Assembly (NCBI GenBank): GCA_902598425.1
Contig: CACKBK010000003.1
Location: forward strand, 8,284 to 72,283
Direction: 5' to 3'
DNA: 64,000 bases
From: an uncultured Pelagibacteraceae bacterium
GTDB lineage: Bacteria; Pseudomonadota; Alphaproteobacteria; Pelagibacterales; Pelagibacteraceae
A program made the position numbers and the translations under genes. How positions within the stretch are numbered: position 1 is the first letter of the stretch; every line of letters starts with the position of its first letter. This document shows, piece by piece, positions 1 through 10,444 of the stretch. The notes under the pieces were generated by a model. That model was not told the DNA's origin. It did not search any database and saw only the letters and a list, made by a program, of their open reading frames with translations.

Positions 1-312
1 CATCAAAAATCAATAGATGAAAAAGGAGAAAAAGGACTCGAAGAGGAGAGAAGATTAGCTTATGTTGGTATTACTAGAGCTAAAAAAAAGGCATTTATCT
101 CTTTTTCGATGAATCGTTTTTATCAGGGTGATTGGATTGATAGTATGGCATCTCGATTTGTTGACGAACTACCATCAAATTTTATTGAAAAAAATACCTT
201 TTACGATGAACAAGAAAATCAAGATAGTGACTTTGATTTTAATCAAGATTTTGAAAATCAAGAAGCAAAAAGAAGCCCTGGATGGATAAGGTATCAAAAA
301 AGATTAAAGTGA
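1..312 (+). CDS. uvrD: ATP-dependent DNA helicase UvrD/PcrA/Rep, 3' part (truncated by window start)
   Basis: Frame 1 is open from base 1: HQKSIDEKGEKGLEEERRLAYVGITRAK (SF1 helicase motif VI), then SRFVDELP; stop TGA at 310-312. Confidence 0.9.
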   Translation, partial: HQKSIDEKGEKGLEEERRLAYVGITRAKKKAFISFSMNRFYQGDWIDSMASRFVDELPSNFIEKNTFYDEQENQDSDFDFNQDFENQEAKRSPGWIRYQKRLK

Positions 313-2007
313 TAAGAAGTAAAATTAACAAAATTGTAAGTAATTTTAATAAATACAACATTGATGGTTATATCGTACCAAAGAATGACAATTTTTTTTT
401 CAGAGTACGTAAGTCATGATCGATTGAATATAATTTCAAATTTTACTGGATCGGCAGGTTTTGCAATTATATTTAAAAACAAGAATTATTTATTTGTCGA
501 CGGGAGATATACTTTGCAAGCAAATAAAGAGTCAGGAAAAAATTTCAAAATTGTTGAATTTCCAAAGTTTTTACCAAAAAGTTTATTTGAAAATATTACT
601 TTAGGATATGACCCAACTTTATTTACTAAACTGCAATTGCAATATTTTTTTGGTAATAAAATTAAACTAATTTCAATAAACGAGAATTTGGTTGATGTAT
701 TAAGAAAGCCAAAGAATACAAATTTTAGACAATACTATTTTTTGCCAAGAATGATTGCTGGAAAAAGCCATAAATATAAACTTTCGTTAGTATCTAATAT
801 TATAAAAAAAAATAAATCAGACTACCTTTTTATAAGTGCTCCAGAAAATGTATCTTGGTTATTAAATATAAGAGGCTCAGATGTTCCATTCTCACCAATT
901 ATAAATTGCAATTGTTTGGTTGGGAAAAATAAAAAAATTTTGTTAATTGGAAAAAAAAATAAATTTAAAAATTTATTAAAAAAAAGATTAATATCTAAAA
1001 ATCAAATTATTGATCCTAAAAATTTAATTGACACATTTGAAAAATTAAGAGGAAAAAATTTTATTATAGATGGAAAAACTTGTTCCGTTTTTAATGAGAG
1101 ATTAATCACTAAAAAATTTCATATCAAAACAAGAGAAGATCCTTGTTATTTATTGAAAGCTAAAAAAAATTCAGCTGAAATTAACAATATGATAAAGTCA
1201 CATGTTGAAGATGGCATTGCATTAACAAAGTTTATTTTTTGGATAAAAAATTATAAACATCAAAGCTTAACAGAACTTGACGCTGAAAAAATGCTAGAAC
1301 ACTTTAGAAAGCAAAGTAAAAGTTATTTATATCCAAGTTTTAATACAATTGCTGGTTCAGGCCCAAATGGAGCCATTGTCCATTATAGAGCTAAAAAAAA
1401 AACAAATAGAAAAATAAAAAGTCAGGATATTTTTTTATGCGACTCTGGTGGTCAATACAAATATGGTACGACTGATGTCACTAGGACAATGTGTTTCTCC
1501 AAGCCCTCAAAGGAAATTAAAAAAATTTTTACCTTGGTTTTGAAAGGTCATATAGCAGTTGTTACGAGCGATTTAAATAAAAACAAAAGAGGGTATCAAT
1601 TGGATATAAGAGCTAGAAAATTTTTAAAAGAAAAAGGGTTTGATTTTAAACATGGAACGGGACATGGAGTTGGTTTTTTTTCAAATGTACATGAGGGACC
1701 TCAATCTATATCTAAATATAATAAAGTAAAATTGGCAGAAGGTATGATATTAAGCAACGAACCTGGTTATTATAGAAAAGGAAAATTTGGTATCAGGATT
1801 GAAAATTTAATATTTATAAAAAAATTTAAAAGAAAGTTAGTTTTTGAAAATTTGACTTTGGTACCAATAGATAAAGATTTAATTGAATACAAGATGTTAA
1901 CAAAAAAGGAAAAAGATTATATTTTTCAATATCATTTAAATGTTTACTCAAAATTATCAAGTTTTTTAAACTTAAAAGAAAAAAAGTGGCTAATTAAACA
2001 GATTTAG
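309..2007 (+). CDS. pepP: Xaa-Pro aminopeptidase (M24B) with an apparent +1 frameshift at the T9 run 392-400
   Basis: FTGSAG, DGRY, DSGGQY..GTTDVTRT, HGTGHGVG, HEGP, SNEPGYY, GIRIEN motifs; GTG at 309 overlaps the uvrD stop and reads MIRSK...IDGYIVPKND in another frame until the T run. Confidence 0.88.
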
Positions 2008-4036
2008 AATTTATCATATCAATAAGTTCACTTTGAGTGATCACCTTAATTTTTAAGTGTTTGGCCTCACTTACTTTTCTTGAGGTTGGTTTTTCTCCAA
2101 TAACCAAAAAATCTAATTTATTACTCACATTGCTAATAATTTTACCAGAATTGTTTTCTATCAAAGACTTTGCTTCAGCTCTACTTATCCCCTCAAGTTT
2201 TCCTGTAAACATAAAAGTCAAATCATTTAGGCTTCCAGAAGATGATTTTTGTTTTTCAGGTATAATTTCTAGTTTTCTTTTAAGCTGATCAAGAACGGTT
2301 AAACTACTCTTATTCGAAAAGAAATTTTTTAAAGATTTAATTTGGGTATCTCCTATTCCATCAATATTCAAAAGATCATCAAAGTTACTTTTATTTGATA
2401 GGTTAAAAAAATTATTTGGATTTTTAAGGTTTTTTGAAATAAGCTTCGCATTTTCCTGTCCGATGTGTCTGATGCCTAAAGAATAAATAAATTTGTCTAA
2501 AGGAATTTTTTTTTTTATTTCTATTGAGTATTTTAAGTTTGCTGCAGAAAGTTTACCCCATCCATCTAAGTTTGAAATTTTTTTATAATCTAAATTAAAT
2601 ATATCACTCGGGGTTTTAATTAATTTAAGCTTCCAAAAAGTCTCTACAATTTTTTTTCCAAGTCCATCAATATTAAATGCTTCTTTAGATACAAAATGTT
2701 TTATTTTTTCTATTGCAATTTTTTCGCAATCGAAACCTTCGTTTTTACATCTTCTAACTGCATCATATTTTTTTGTTATTTTATTAAATTCCTTTACTGT
2801 TGAAGACCCACAAGAGGGACAAGTTTTTGGAAAAATAAATTTTTTCGTATCTTTACCTCGTTTTTTTTTATCAACTGATATGACATGAGGTATTACATCT
2901 CCCGCTCTTTCAACAGTAACTGTGTCGCCTTCTCTAATATCTTTTCGTTCTATTTCATCTTCATTATGTAAAGTTGCATTTGAAACTAAAACTCCTCCAA
3001 TATTGACTGGTTTAATTTTAGCAACTGGTGTCATTGCCCCTGTTCTTCCAACCTGAATTTCAATTTTTATAATTTCTGAAATTGAGTTATTCGCTGAAAA
3101 TTTATGTGCTATAGCCCATCTCGGTGCATTTGCTGCAAAACCTAATCTTTTTTGTAAATTTAAGTCGTTTACTTTATAAACAAGTCCATCTAAATCAAAG
3201 TTTATTTCTTTACGTTGTGTCTCTATTTTTTTATGATTTTTAATTAAGTTATCTATACCAGAAATAATTTTATTTAATTTATTTGTTTTAAAACCCCACA
3301 GTTTTAATTTTTTTAAGAAATCACTTTGTGTAGTTACATCTAATTTTTTTGAGTATCCAAAAGTATAAGCAATAAAATTAAGTGGAATTTTTTTTGTCTG
3401 ATTTGGATCTTTCTGTCTCAAGGAACCTGATGCAGCATTTCTTGGGTTTGCAAATTTATCTTTAAGATTTTCAAATTCAAAATTATCAATAAATACTTCG
3501 CCTCTTATATCAATTTCACTTGGAAAATCATTTCCATTTAGTTTAATTGGTATATCTTTTATTGTTTTAAGATTTTCAGTTATATCTTCACCTTGAACAC
3601 CATCACCTCTTGATAAACCTCTTACAAATATGCCATCTCTATAAATTAATGAAGCTGAAATTCCATCTATTTTTGGTTCTACACTATATTCAATTTTTTG
3701 ATTTTTTTTTAAGCTCAAAAAGTTTACAATTTTTTTTTCAAAGATAGTTAAATCATTTTCGTCAAATGCATTCCCTAAAGATAACATTGGAATTTTGTGA
3801 CTTACTTTTTTAAAATTTTTTGAAGGTTTAAAACCTACATTTAGAGATGGTGATTCATTACTTTTTAAAAAAGAATATTTTTTTTCTAAATTTAATATCT
3901 CGTGTTTAATTTTATCATAGGTGCTATCATCTACTAGAGGTTTACTCTCAGAATAATAATATTTATTATATTTATTTATAAGTTTGATTTTTTGAAGATA
4001 ATCCTCTTTTACTTTTAAATTATCTTTTTTTTTCAT
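1994..4036 (-). CDS. ligA: NAD-dependent DNA ligase
   Basis: EPKIDG adenylation motif, RGE, FANPRNAASGSLRQ, QVGRTG, CPSC zinc finger, C-terminal BRCT. Confidence 0.97.
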   Translation of the reverse strand: MKKKDNLKVKEDYLQKIKLINKYNKYYYSESKPLVDDSTYDKIKHEILNLEKKYSFLKSNESPSLNVGFKPSKNFKKVSHKIPMLSLGNAFDENDLTIFEKKIVNFLSLKKNQKIEYSVEPKIDGISASLIYRDGIFVRGLSRGDGVQGEDITENLKTIKDIPIKLNGNDFPSEIDIRGEVFIDNFEFENLKDKFANPRNAASGSLRQKDPNQTKKIPLNFIAYTFGYSKKLDVTTQSDFLKKLKLWGFKTNKLNKIISGIDNLIKNHKKIETQRKEINFDLDGLVYKVNDLNLQKRLGFAANAPRWAIAHKFSANNSISEIIKIEIQVGRTGAMTPVAKIKPVNIGGVLVSNATLHNEDEIERKDIREGDTVTVERAGDVIPHVISVDKKKRGKDTKKFIFPKTCPSCGSSTVKEFNKITKKYDAVRRCKNEGFDCEKIAIEKIKHFVSKEAFNIDGLGKKIVETFWKLKLIKTPSDIFNLDYKKISNLDGWGKLSAANLKYSIEIKKKIPLDKFIYSLGIRHIGQENAKLISKNLKNPNNFFNLSNKSNFDDLLNIDGIGDTQIKSLKNFFSNKSSLTVLDQLKRKLEIIPEKQKSSSGSLNDLTFMFTGKLEGISRAEAKSLIENNSGKIISNVSNKLDFLVIGEKPTSRKVSEAKHLKIKVITQSELIDMINSKSV

Positions 4037-4863
4037 TTAAAAATATTCTTAAATTTTTTTAACATAGATTTTTTATCTTTTTTTAATTTAATAGATGTAA
4101 CGTATTCTTTATTAAATATTTTATAAGTTTGTTCATACCATTCACTAGATCCATAGTTATAACCAAGAACACTTGCATATTTTTCTGCCTCATCAATTAG
4201 TCCAATTTTATAATAAGTCTCGACAAGTCTATGTAGTGCCTCCTCAACATAAACTGTGGTTTGATAGTCAGATAAAATGGTCTTATATCTATTAATAGCA
4301 GCTACCCACTTTTTTCTCTTTAGATAATATCTTGCAATATGCATCTCCTTGGAAGCCAAAACATCCTGAATAAGGTTTAGTTTATATTTGGAGTCCAGTG
4401 CAAAATCAGTTGTTGGAAAATTATTTATAATGTATTCAAATTTTTCTTTTGATAACAGTAATGGCTCTAAATCTTTTTTTTCATCAATTATATTTTCATA
4501 GTAATTCATTGCTAATAAAAAATAAGCATAATCAATATTTTTATGTTTTGGGTATTTCGAAATAAATCTCTCTAATTCTAAAATTGATCTCTCGTAATAA
4601 TTTTGAGAGTAAAATGCATATGCAGACATCAAAATAGATTTTGATGCCCATTCTGATTGTGGATAAAGTAATTCAGCCTCATTAAATTTTCTTGATGCAT
4701 ATATTACGTCTCCCTTTTCAAGCTCTTTCATACCTTCTTTATAGGCATCAATCATTTGACTCTCCAATTCACCAACGCTTATGGAAGATACTTTTTGTTC
4801 TTCTTTAGATGAACAGGAATATAAAAATATTAAAAAAAGTAAAAACTTTAACAAATTTTTCAT
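4033..4863 (-). CDS. bamD: Outer membrane protein assembly lipoprotein BamD (ComL)
   Basis: Lipobox LYSC, TPR-like repeats, IARYYLKRKKWVAAINRY, EEALHRLVE; sits downstream of lpxC. Confidence 0.92.
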   Translation of the reverse strand: MKNLLKFLLFLIFLYSCSSKEEQKVSSISVGELESQMIDAYKEGMKELEKGDVIYASRKFNEAELLYPQSEWASKSILMSAYAFYSQNYYERSILELERFISKYPKHKNIDYAYFLLAMNYYENIIDEKKDLEPLLLSKEKFEYIINNFPTTDFALDSKYKLNLIQDVLASKEMHIARYYLKRKKWVAAINRYKTILSDYQTTVYVEEALHRLVETYYKIGLIDEAEKYASVLGYNYGSSEWYEQTYKIFNKEYVTSIKLKKDKKSMLKKFKNIFK

Positions 4864-4906
4864 TAATTTAGTTTCTAGCAGAAAAAAATGAAAATTCTAA
4901 ATTATT

Positions 4907-5827
4907 TTAAGCTATTGATTTTAGCGCTGTTTTATTGATAAACGAGTGAGGAATATTTTTTTCTTTAAGTTCAAATATTGAAAAGTTTTGATTGTTGGTA
5001 AAAACTTTTCTTAACATTTGATTTGTAAGTTTGTGTCCACCTTGAGAACATACAATTTTTCCAATAATTTTTGCCCCTGACAAGAAAAGGTCCCCCATGC
5101 AATCAAGTATTTTGTGGTTTACAAATTCTTTCTCGTTTCTAAGGCCACCTTCATTCATAATTTTATCACCTTTCACCACAATTGCATTGTCAAGAGAGCC
5201 ACCTTGAGCAAGATTCATTTTTTTTAACTTTTCTACATCTTCATAAAGACAAAATGTTCTTGAGTTATAAATATTCTTTAGATCAGACTCGTACATGTTA
5301 ACACAGTTTCTTTGAGTGCCGATTTTTTGATTTTTAAACTTAATTTCGAAATCAATTTCTAGAGATGTTTTTGAAGGTTCTATTGAAATTGTTTTCTCTC
5401 CGTCCTTAAATTCTACTTTGCTTAAAATTTTAATTATTTTTATTGGTGTGCTACTTACATTTAAGCCAACTTTTTCAATCTCATCAATAAAGTATTTTGC
5501 AGATCCATCTTTAATTGGAACTTCATCTTGGTCAATTTCAATTATAGCGTTATCTACACCTTTTCCATACATAGCAGCCATTAGATGTTCAATTGTAGAT
5601 ACACTAACTCCAAATTCATTAGTTATTGTTGTACACAAATTAGCATTAGAAACATTTTGAAAATTTGCTGATATAAGATTATTGTTTTTTAAATCTACTC
5701 TCTTAAAAACTATTCCAGAATTTGGTGACGATGGAAGGACTCTTACATTAGCATGCTTGCCCTTATGTAATGTTATACCCTCAAAATTTATGTGTTGCTT
5801 TAAGGTTTTCTGGTTTAAAATTGACAT
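4907..5827 (-). CDS. lpxC: UDP-3-O-acyl-N-acetylglucosamine deacetylase
   Basis: QKTL, TIEHLMAA, EVPIKDGSA, SRTF, HKILDCMGDL, GGH; ATG at 5827. Confidence 0.96.
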   Translation of the reverse strand: MSILNQKTLKQHINFEGITLHKGKHANVRVLPSSPNSGIVFKRVDLKNNNLISANFQNVSNANLCTTITNEFGVSVSTIEHLMAAMYGKGVDNAIIEIDQDEVPIKDGSAKYFIDEIEKVGLNVSSTPIKIIKILSKVEFKDGEKTISIEPSKTSLEIDFEIKFKNQKIGTQRNCVNMYESDLKNIYNSRTFCLYEDVEKLKKMNLAQGGSLDNAIVVKGDKIMNEGGLRNEKEFVNHKILDCMGDLFLSGAKIIGKIVCSQGGHKLTNQMLRKVFTNNQNFSIFELKEKNIPHSFINKTALKSIA

Positions 5828-5889
5828 CAAGAGTTTATAAATCCACTCTCATAGATCTTAAATACAACAAATGTTACAATAAAATACGG

Positions 5890-6588
5890 CTAGGAAAATA
5901 AGTGAAACATTTTTTCAAAAAAACCCAACTTGGCCGGTTTTTTTGGTAAAATATACACTTCTTTCATATTTTCACCATTCACAACCTTTAAACCACCCTC
6001 AAGTAGATTGCTTTTACCAATTTCATTCAAAGATAAAGCATAATTACCACAAATTACAGAATTAAGTTTAATTTGGTAATTTTTAAAAATTCTATAAAAA
6101 AAGTCTGCTAAATTTTTCTTAACACATATAAATTTTGCTTCAATTATTAAATTTTTACAATTCATTTGTAATGGAATTTCATGGATTTTATTCCCATCAA
6201 TTATATAATTTTCAATAATTATGTGTAAAATTTTAAGATCTTTATTACTTGTCAAAATCTGTTGTTTTAAATCCTGAATAAGGTACTGGATCTGATCTTT
6301 TTGAATTGGTTTAAGATCATAGCTTTTTTTTGTCGAAATTTCTATTTTTAAATTATTTGGATCACACAAAATTAAATTTATCTTATTTACAGTATAATTA
6401 ATTTTTTTTTCAATATTTATAACTTGTTCTTTTAGAACTCCATTTAAATTATCTTCTAATTTAATATTGTCAGATAAGTTATTTTCTGTTTTATATATCT
6501 TGTTATAAATACTTTTATCTTTTTCTTTATCAAAAACATCTACTGATATTTGATTTGCTGATAAAATAATAAAAATTTCATTACTCAT
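5890..6588 (-). CDS. ftsA: Shortened FtsA-like cell division protein (232 aa)
   Basis: Follows ftsQ directly; ILHIIIENYIIDG resembles the FtsA 1C/SHS2 domain; C-terminal amphipathic GFFEKMFHLFS; much shorter than canonical FtsA. Confidence 0.65.
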   Translation of the reverse strand: MSNEIFIILSANQISVDVFDKEKDKSIYNKIYKTENNLSDNIKLEDNLNGVLKEQVINIEKKINYTVNKINLILCDPNNLKIEISTKKSYDLKPIQKDQIQYLIQDLKQQILTSNKDLKILHIIIENYIIDGNKIHEIPLQMNCKNLIIEAKFICVKKNLADFFYRIFKNYQIKLNSVICGNYALSLNEIGKSNLLEGGLKVVNGENMKEVYILPKKPAKLGFFEKMFHLFS

Positions 6589-7246
6589 TATATAATATCA
6601 ATCTATCTTTTATTCTTAAATCTATCACTTTACTTTTAAATTCTTTTGTACGTAATAAGATTTCAGCTCGTTTAATATTAGTTGTTAATTGTTCTGAGGG
6701 TAGCTTCACAATTGTTTTATCTTTAAAAATAATATCCCATCTATTTGATGGATAATAAACCAATTTTTTTATTTTATTAAGATTAAAAGTGCTTAATTGA
6801 ATTTTTTTAAAAAAATTATTTATTTTATTCATTTCTAAAGTTCCCTCAATTAAGGGAAGATTTTTGCTATCTTTTCCTTTAAAAATTTTGCCGTTTGAAC
6901 CAATAATAAATAATTCATTATTTTTAAAAATTTTTCCAATAGGCTTTGTTTCAAATAATGAAATACGTATTTGATTTGGATAAATTTTGTTTATTTTATA
7001 TTTTTCTATATTAGGAAATTTTTTAATTACACTAATGGCATCTTTTTTATTAATATTAAAAATATTTTGACCAACAAAAAAATTAAATTCTCTCTGATAA
7101 GCAATATTTTTAATTTCAATTTTATTGATTTTAAAAAGTTTAAAAAAGGAATTTAAAATTTGAAAGTTAAATATAGTTGATACAAATAAAAATATTAAAA
7201 TATATACAAATATTTTTTTAATTTTATCTGTTGGTTGATGAATCAT
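6581..7246 (-). CDS. ftsQ: Cell division protein FtsQ/DivIB
   Basis: N-terminal TM, POTRA-like KIYPNQIRI, RWD, C-terminal IDLR; position after ddl. Confidence 0.85.
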   Translation of the reverse strand: MIHQPTDKIKKIFVYILIFLFVSTIFNFQILNSFFKLFKINKIEIKNIAYQREFNFFVGQNIFNINKKDAISVIKKFPNIEKYKINKIYPNQIRISLFETKPIGKIFKNNELFIIGSNGKIFKGKDSKNLPLIEGTLEMNKINNFFKKIQLSTFNLNKIKKLVYYPSNRWDIIFKDKTIVKLPSEQLTTNIKRAEILLRTKEFKSKVIDLRIKDRLILYNE

Positions 7247-8141
7247 TTACAATCCAATTTAATAACTTGTAAAAAGAAATTCCTCTGAATGCAGCTATTT
7301 CAGGCACCAATGATAACTTAGTCATACCTGGCTGAGTATTCAATTCTAATAAATAAAATTTGTTTTTATAAAACTTAAAGTCAGATCTTGTAACACCTCT
7401 ACAACCTAAAATTTTGTGCGCTTTCAAAGCTAAATTTAATACTTCGTCTAATTTTTTTTTCTCAAGTTCAACAGGTAAAATATGTTCTGTTTTTGCACTT
7501 AAACTATATTTGGCCTTATAATCATAAAATTTTCTCTTTGGCTTTAGTTCAATAGCTCCTAGTTTTTTTTTACCCAAAATTGCAACTTGAATTTCTCTTC
7601 CAGCGATATAACTCTCAATAATAATTTCATTATATTTTTTTAATTTTTTTAAATTTGTTATTAAATTTTTTTTTGTACAAATATAAACATCTACACTTGA
7701 GCCCTCATTAATTGGCTTTATAACTACTGGAAATTTTAACCTTTGTTCGATTTTTTTTAAAAGCTTTGTTGAAATTGTCTGACTGTTATTAAAACTAAAT
7801 TTAATGAATTTAGGTGTAAGTATATTATTTTTAATAAAAATTTCTTTCGATAAAATTTTATTCATAGCTAAGAATGATGAGATTACGCCTGAATGTGTAT
7901 ATTTTATTTTTAATTTTTCCAAAATTGATTGAATATATCCATCCTCTCCAAATCGGCCATGTAAAGCGTTAAATATAAGATTAGGTTTAAACGTTTTAAT
8001 TTTTTTGATAAGATCATTATTAGGTTCGCAAATGACTGTTTTAAAGCCTCTCTTTAAAACTTTATTCACTTGTTTCGCTGTTTCTAGACTAATTTTTCTC
8101 TCTTTTGAGATACCGCCACCTAAAATAAGAATTTTTTTCAT
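7224..8141 (-). CDS. ddl: D-alanine--D-alanine ligase
   Basis: GGGISKERKISL, LHGRFGEDG, KPINEGSS, FYDYKAKY, ELNTQPGMT. Confidence 0.97.
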   Translation of the reverse strand: MKKILILGGGISKERKISLETAKQVNKVLKRGFKTVICEPNNDLIKKIKTFKPNLIFNALHGRFGEDGYIQSILEKLKIKYTHSGVISSFLAMNKILSKEIFIKNNILTPKFIKFSFNNSQTISTKLLKKIEQRLKFPVVIKPINEGSSVDVYICTKKNLITNLKKLKKYNEIIIESYIAGREIQVAILGKKKLGAIELKPKRKFYDYKAKYSLSAKTEHILPVELEKKKLDEVLNLALKAHKILGCRGVTRSDFKFYKNKFYLLELNTQPGMTKLSLVPEIAAFRGISFYKLLNWIVNDSSTNR

Positions 8142-9050
8142 TTATTCTATAATTTCAATTTCTGTCTCTAATTTAATATTTTTTTTTTTATCCACCTCAC
8201 TTTTGATAAAATTGATTAATTTCATCATATCTTCAAATTTTGCATTTTTTGAATTTACAAGAAAGTTACAATGTTTTTCAGATATTTTTGCATCTCCAAA
8301 ACTTTTTGTTGTGGGTATAGAGTTCTTTATTAGTTCCCATACTTTTATATCAGTCTGATTAATTGGATTTTTAAAAGTACTTCCACCTGTTTTAATTCTG
8401 CTTGGCTGCCTTCTATTTTTTTCCTCTTTAAGCTTATTAATCTCTTTATTAATTTCTTCTTTATTCTTTTTTTTGCCTTGAAAGGAAGCGCTCAAAAAAA
8501 TTAGATCTTTATCAAGTGGACTATGCCTATAAGCAAATTTAATTTTGGATGATGGGATAGTTTTGATTATCCCTTTTCTATCAATAACTTGTACGGATAA
8601 TAAAATATCCTTGAATTCTTTTCCAAAACACCCTGAGTTAATTCTTAATCCGCCACCAATCGTGCCTGGGATACATGATAAAAATTCAAAACCACCGATG
8701 TTATTTTCCATTGCAAAGTTTGATAAGTTTTTATCGGACACTGCACTCCCCGCAACAATTATATTGTTTGGTAATAATGAAATATTTGAGAAATTTTTAC
8801 CTAGTTTAACTACAAAACCATCAAACTTGTTATCAGTAATAAGAACATTTGATCCGGCACCCAAAACAAAAATTTTTTCACTTTTTCCAAAAGTTTTAAG
8901 AAAAGTTACTAAGTCATTTAAGTTGTCTGGTTTAAAAAAAACTTTTGCATCCCCTCCTATATTAAACCAATTTAACTTTTTAAGATTGTAATCAAATTTT
9001 AGTTCACTTTTTATTTGTTTTGTAAATACTTCTATTTTGTTTTTATCCAT
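8142..9050 (-). CDS. murB: UDP-N-acetylmuramate dehydrogenase
   Basis: IGGDA, GAGSN, IPGTIGG, GSTFKNP, HCNFLVN. Confidence 0.96.
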   Translation of the reverse strand: MDKNKIEVFTKQIKSELKFDYNLKKLNWFNIGGDAKVFFKPDNLNDLVTFLKTFGKSEKIFVLGAGSNVLITDNKFDGFVVKLGKNFSNISLLPNNIIVAGSAVSDKNLSNFAMENNIGGFEFLSCIPGTIGGGLRINSGCFGKEFKDILLSVQVIDRKGIIKTIPSSKIKFAYRHSPLDKDLIFLSASFQGKKKNKEEINKEINKLKEEKNRRQPSRIKTGGSTFKNPINQTDIKVWELIKNSIPTTKSFGDAKISEKHCNFLVNSKNAKFEDMMKLINFIKSEVDKKKNIKLETEIEIIE

Positions 9051-10444
9051 TATAAAAGATTTGGAAGATCTCTCATCCAGTTTGAAATTGAACCAGCACC
9101 CATGCCAATTACTATTTTATTTCCTTGAATATTTTGTTTGACAAATTTTGCTAAATTTTTTTTGTCTTTTACCAAAAATAATTCAACTCTCGAATTATTG
9201 GCTAATTCCTTCGCAAAATTATAATATTCAAATCCTAATTTAATTTTTTCTCCAGCAGTAAAAATAGGGCACAAAATTACTTGATCAGCCTTTTTAAATG
9301 ATAAAGTAAACTCTTTCTTTAAGTCTTTAAGTCTTGAAATTCTATGTGGTTGAAAAATACAAGTAATTTTTTGTTTTTTATAAGCCTCTCGAACACTATT
9401 CAGAACCTCTCTTATTTCTGTTGGATGATGAGCATAATCATCATAAAATTCTGCACCTTTGAAAGAAAATAATTTGTTAAATCTTCTTTGAACACCTTGA
9501 AAATTAAGAAGACCTTTTTTGATAATTTTTTTTGATATTCCAATAGTTATACTCACGGCAACAGCTGCTGTTGCATTTCTAATGTTATGTATTCCTAAAA
9601 TAGGTATTTTAATATTTTTTATAATGTCCTTTTTTTTCCCAGGCAAAAATATTTTTAAGTCAAATTTAGAAAAATTCTTATTTTGAGAAATATTTGTAAT
9701 ATTAAAATTAGATTTTTTGTTTATTCCATATGTATAGTAATTTTTTATCTTAAGTTTTTTAATTATTTGTTTATTAATTTTATCATCCAAACATATGTAA
9801 GATTTTCCAAATGATGGGACTTTTTCTAAAAATTTTTTGAAAAGATTTTTTAAGTTCTCCATATTCTTATAATAATCCATGTGCTCCCTATCAATATTTG
9901 TTATAATTGAATAAGTTGGCAACACCTCTATAAAACTACCATCAGATTCATCCAATTCCAGAATACTCCAATTGCTATTTCCTAATCTGGCAGAATTATC
10001 TAATGAGTTTAAAACTCCACCGTTAACAATTGTGGGATCAATTTTTGTTTTTGAAAATATTGATGCAATTAAAGAAGTTGTTGTCGTTTTGCCATGCGAT
10101 CCAACCACTGTAATGTTTTTTGTTAAAGAGGCAATATGGCCGAGCATCTCACCTCTTTTATAGATTGGTAAGTTTTTCATTTTGCCTTCTTTAAACTCAG
10201 GGTTATTTTTTTTTATCGCTGACGATATAACTAATACTGTAGCTGTATTTATATTTCTTTTATTATGTCCTATAGAAATTTTAATTTTTTTTTTTTTTAA
10301 TCTTTCAATATTTTTATTTAAGGAAATATCTGAACCTTGAATTTGAAAACCCATACCATGCATTATTAGTGCTAACCCACTCATACCTATTCCACCAATT
10401 CCAACAAAGTGGATAATTTCAGACTTTGCTAAATCAATTTTCAT
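9050..10444 (-). CDS. murC: UDP-N-acetylmuramate--L-alanine ligase
   Basis: GIGGIGMSG, GSHGKTTTT, DESD, DDYAHHPTE, FQPHR, MGAG. Confidence 0.97.
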   Translation of the reverse strand: MKIDLAKSEIIHFVGIGGIGMSGLALIMHGMGFQIQGSDISLNKNIERLKKKKIKISIGHNKRNINTATVLVISSAIKKNNPEFKEGKMKNLPIYKRGEMLGHIASLTKNITVVGSHGKTTTTSLIASIFSKTKIDPTIVNGGVLNSLDNSARLGNSNWSILELDESDGSFIEVLPTYSIITNIDREHMDYYKNMENLKNLFKKFLEKVPSFGKSYICLDDKINKQIIKKLKIKNYYTYGINKKSNFNITNISQNKNFSKFDLKIFLPGKKKDIIKNIKIPILGIHNIRNATAAVAVSITIGISKKIIKKGLLNFQGVQRRFNKLFSFKGAEFYDDYAHHPTEIREVLNSVREAYKKQKITCIFQPHRISRLKDLKKEFTLSFKKADQVILCPIFTAGEKIKLGFEYYNFAKELANNSRVELFLVKDKKNLAKFVKQNIQGNKIVIGMGAGSISNWMRDLPNLL

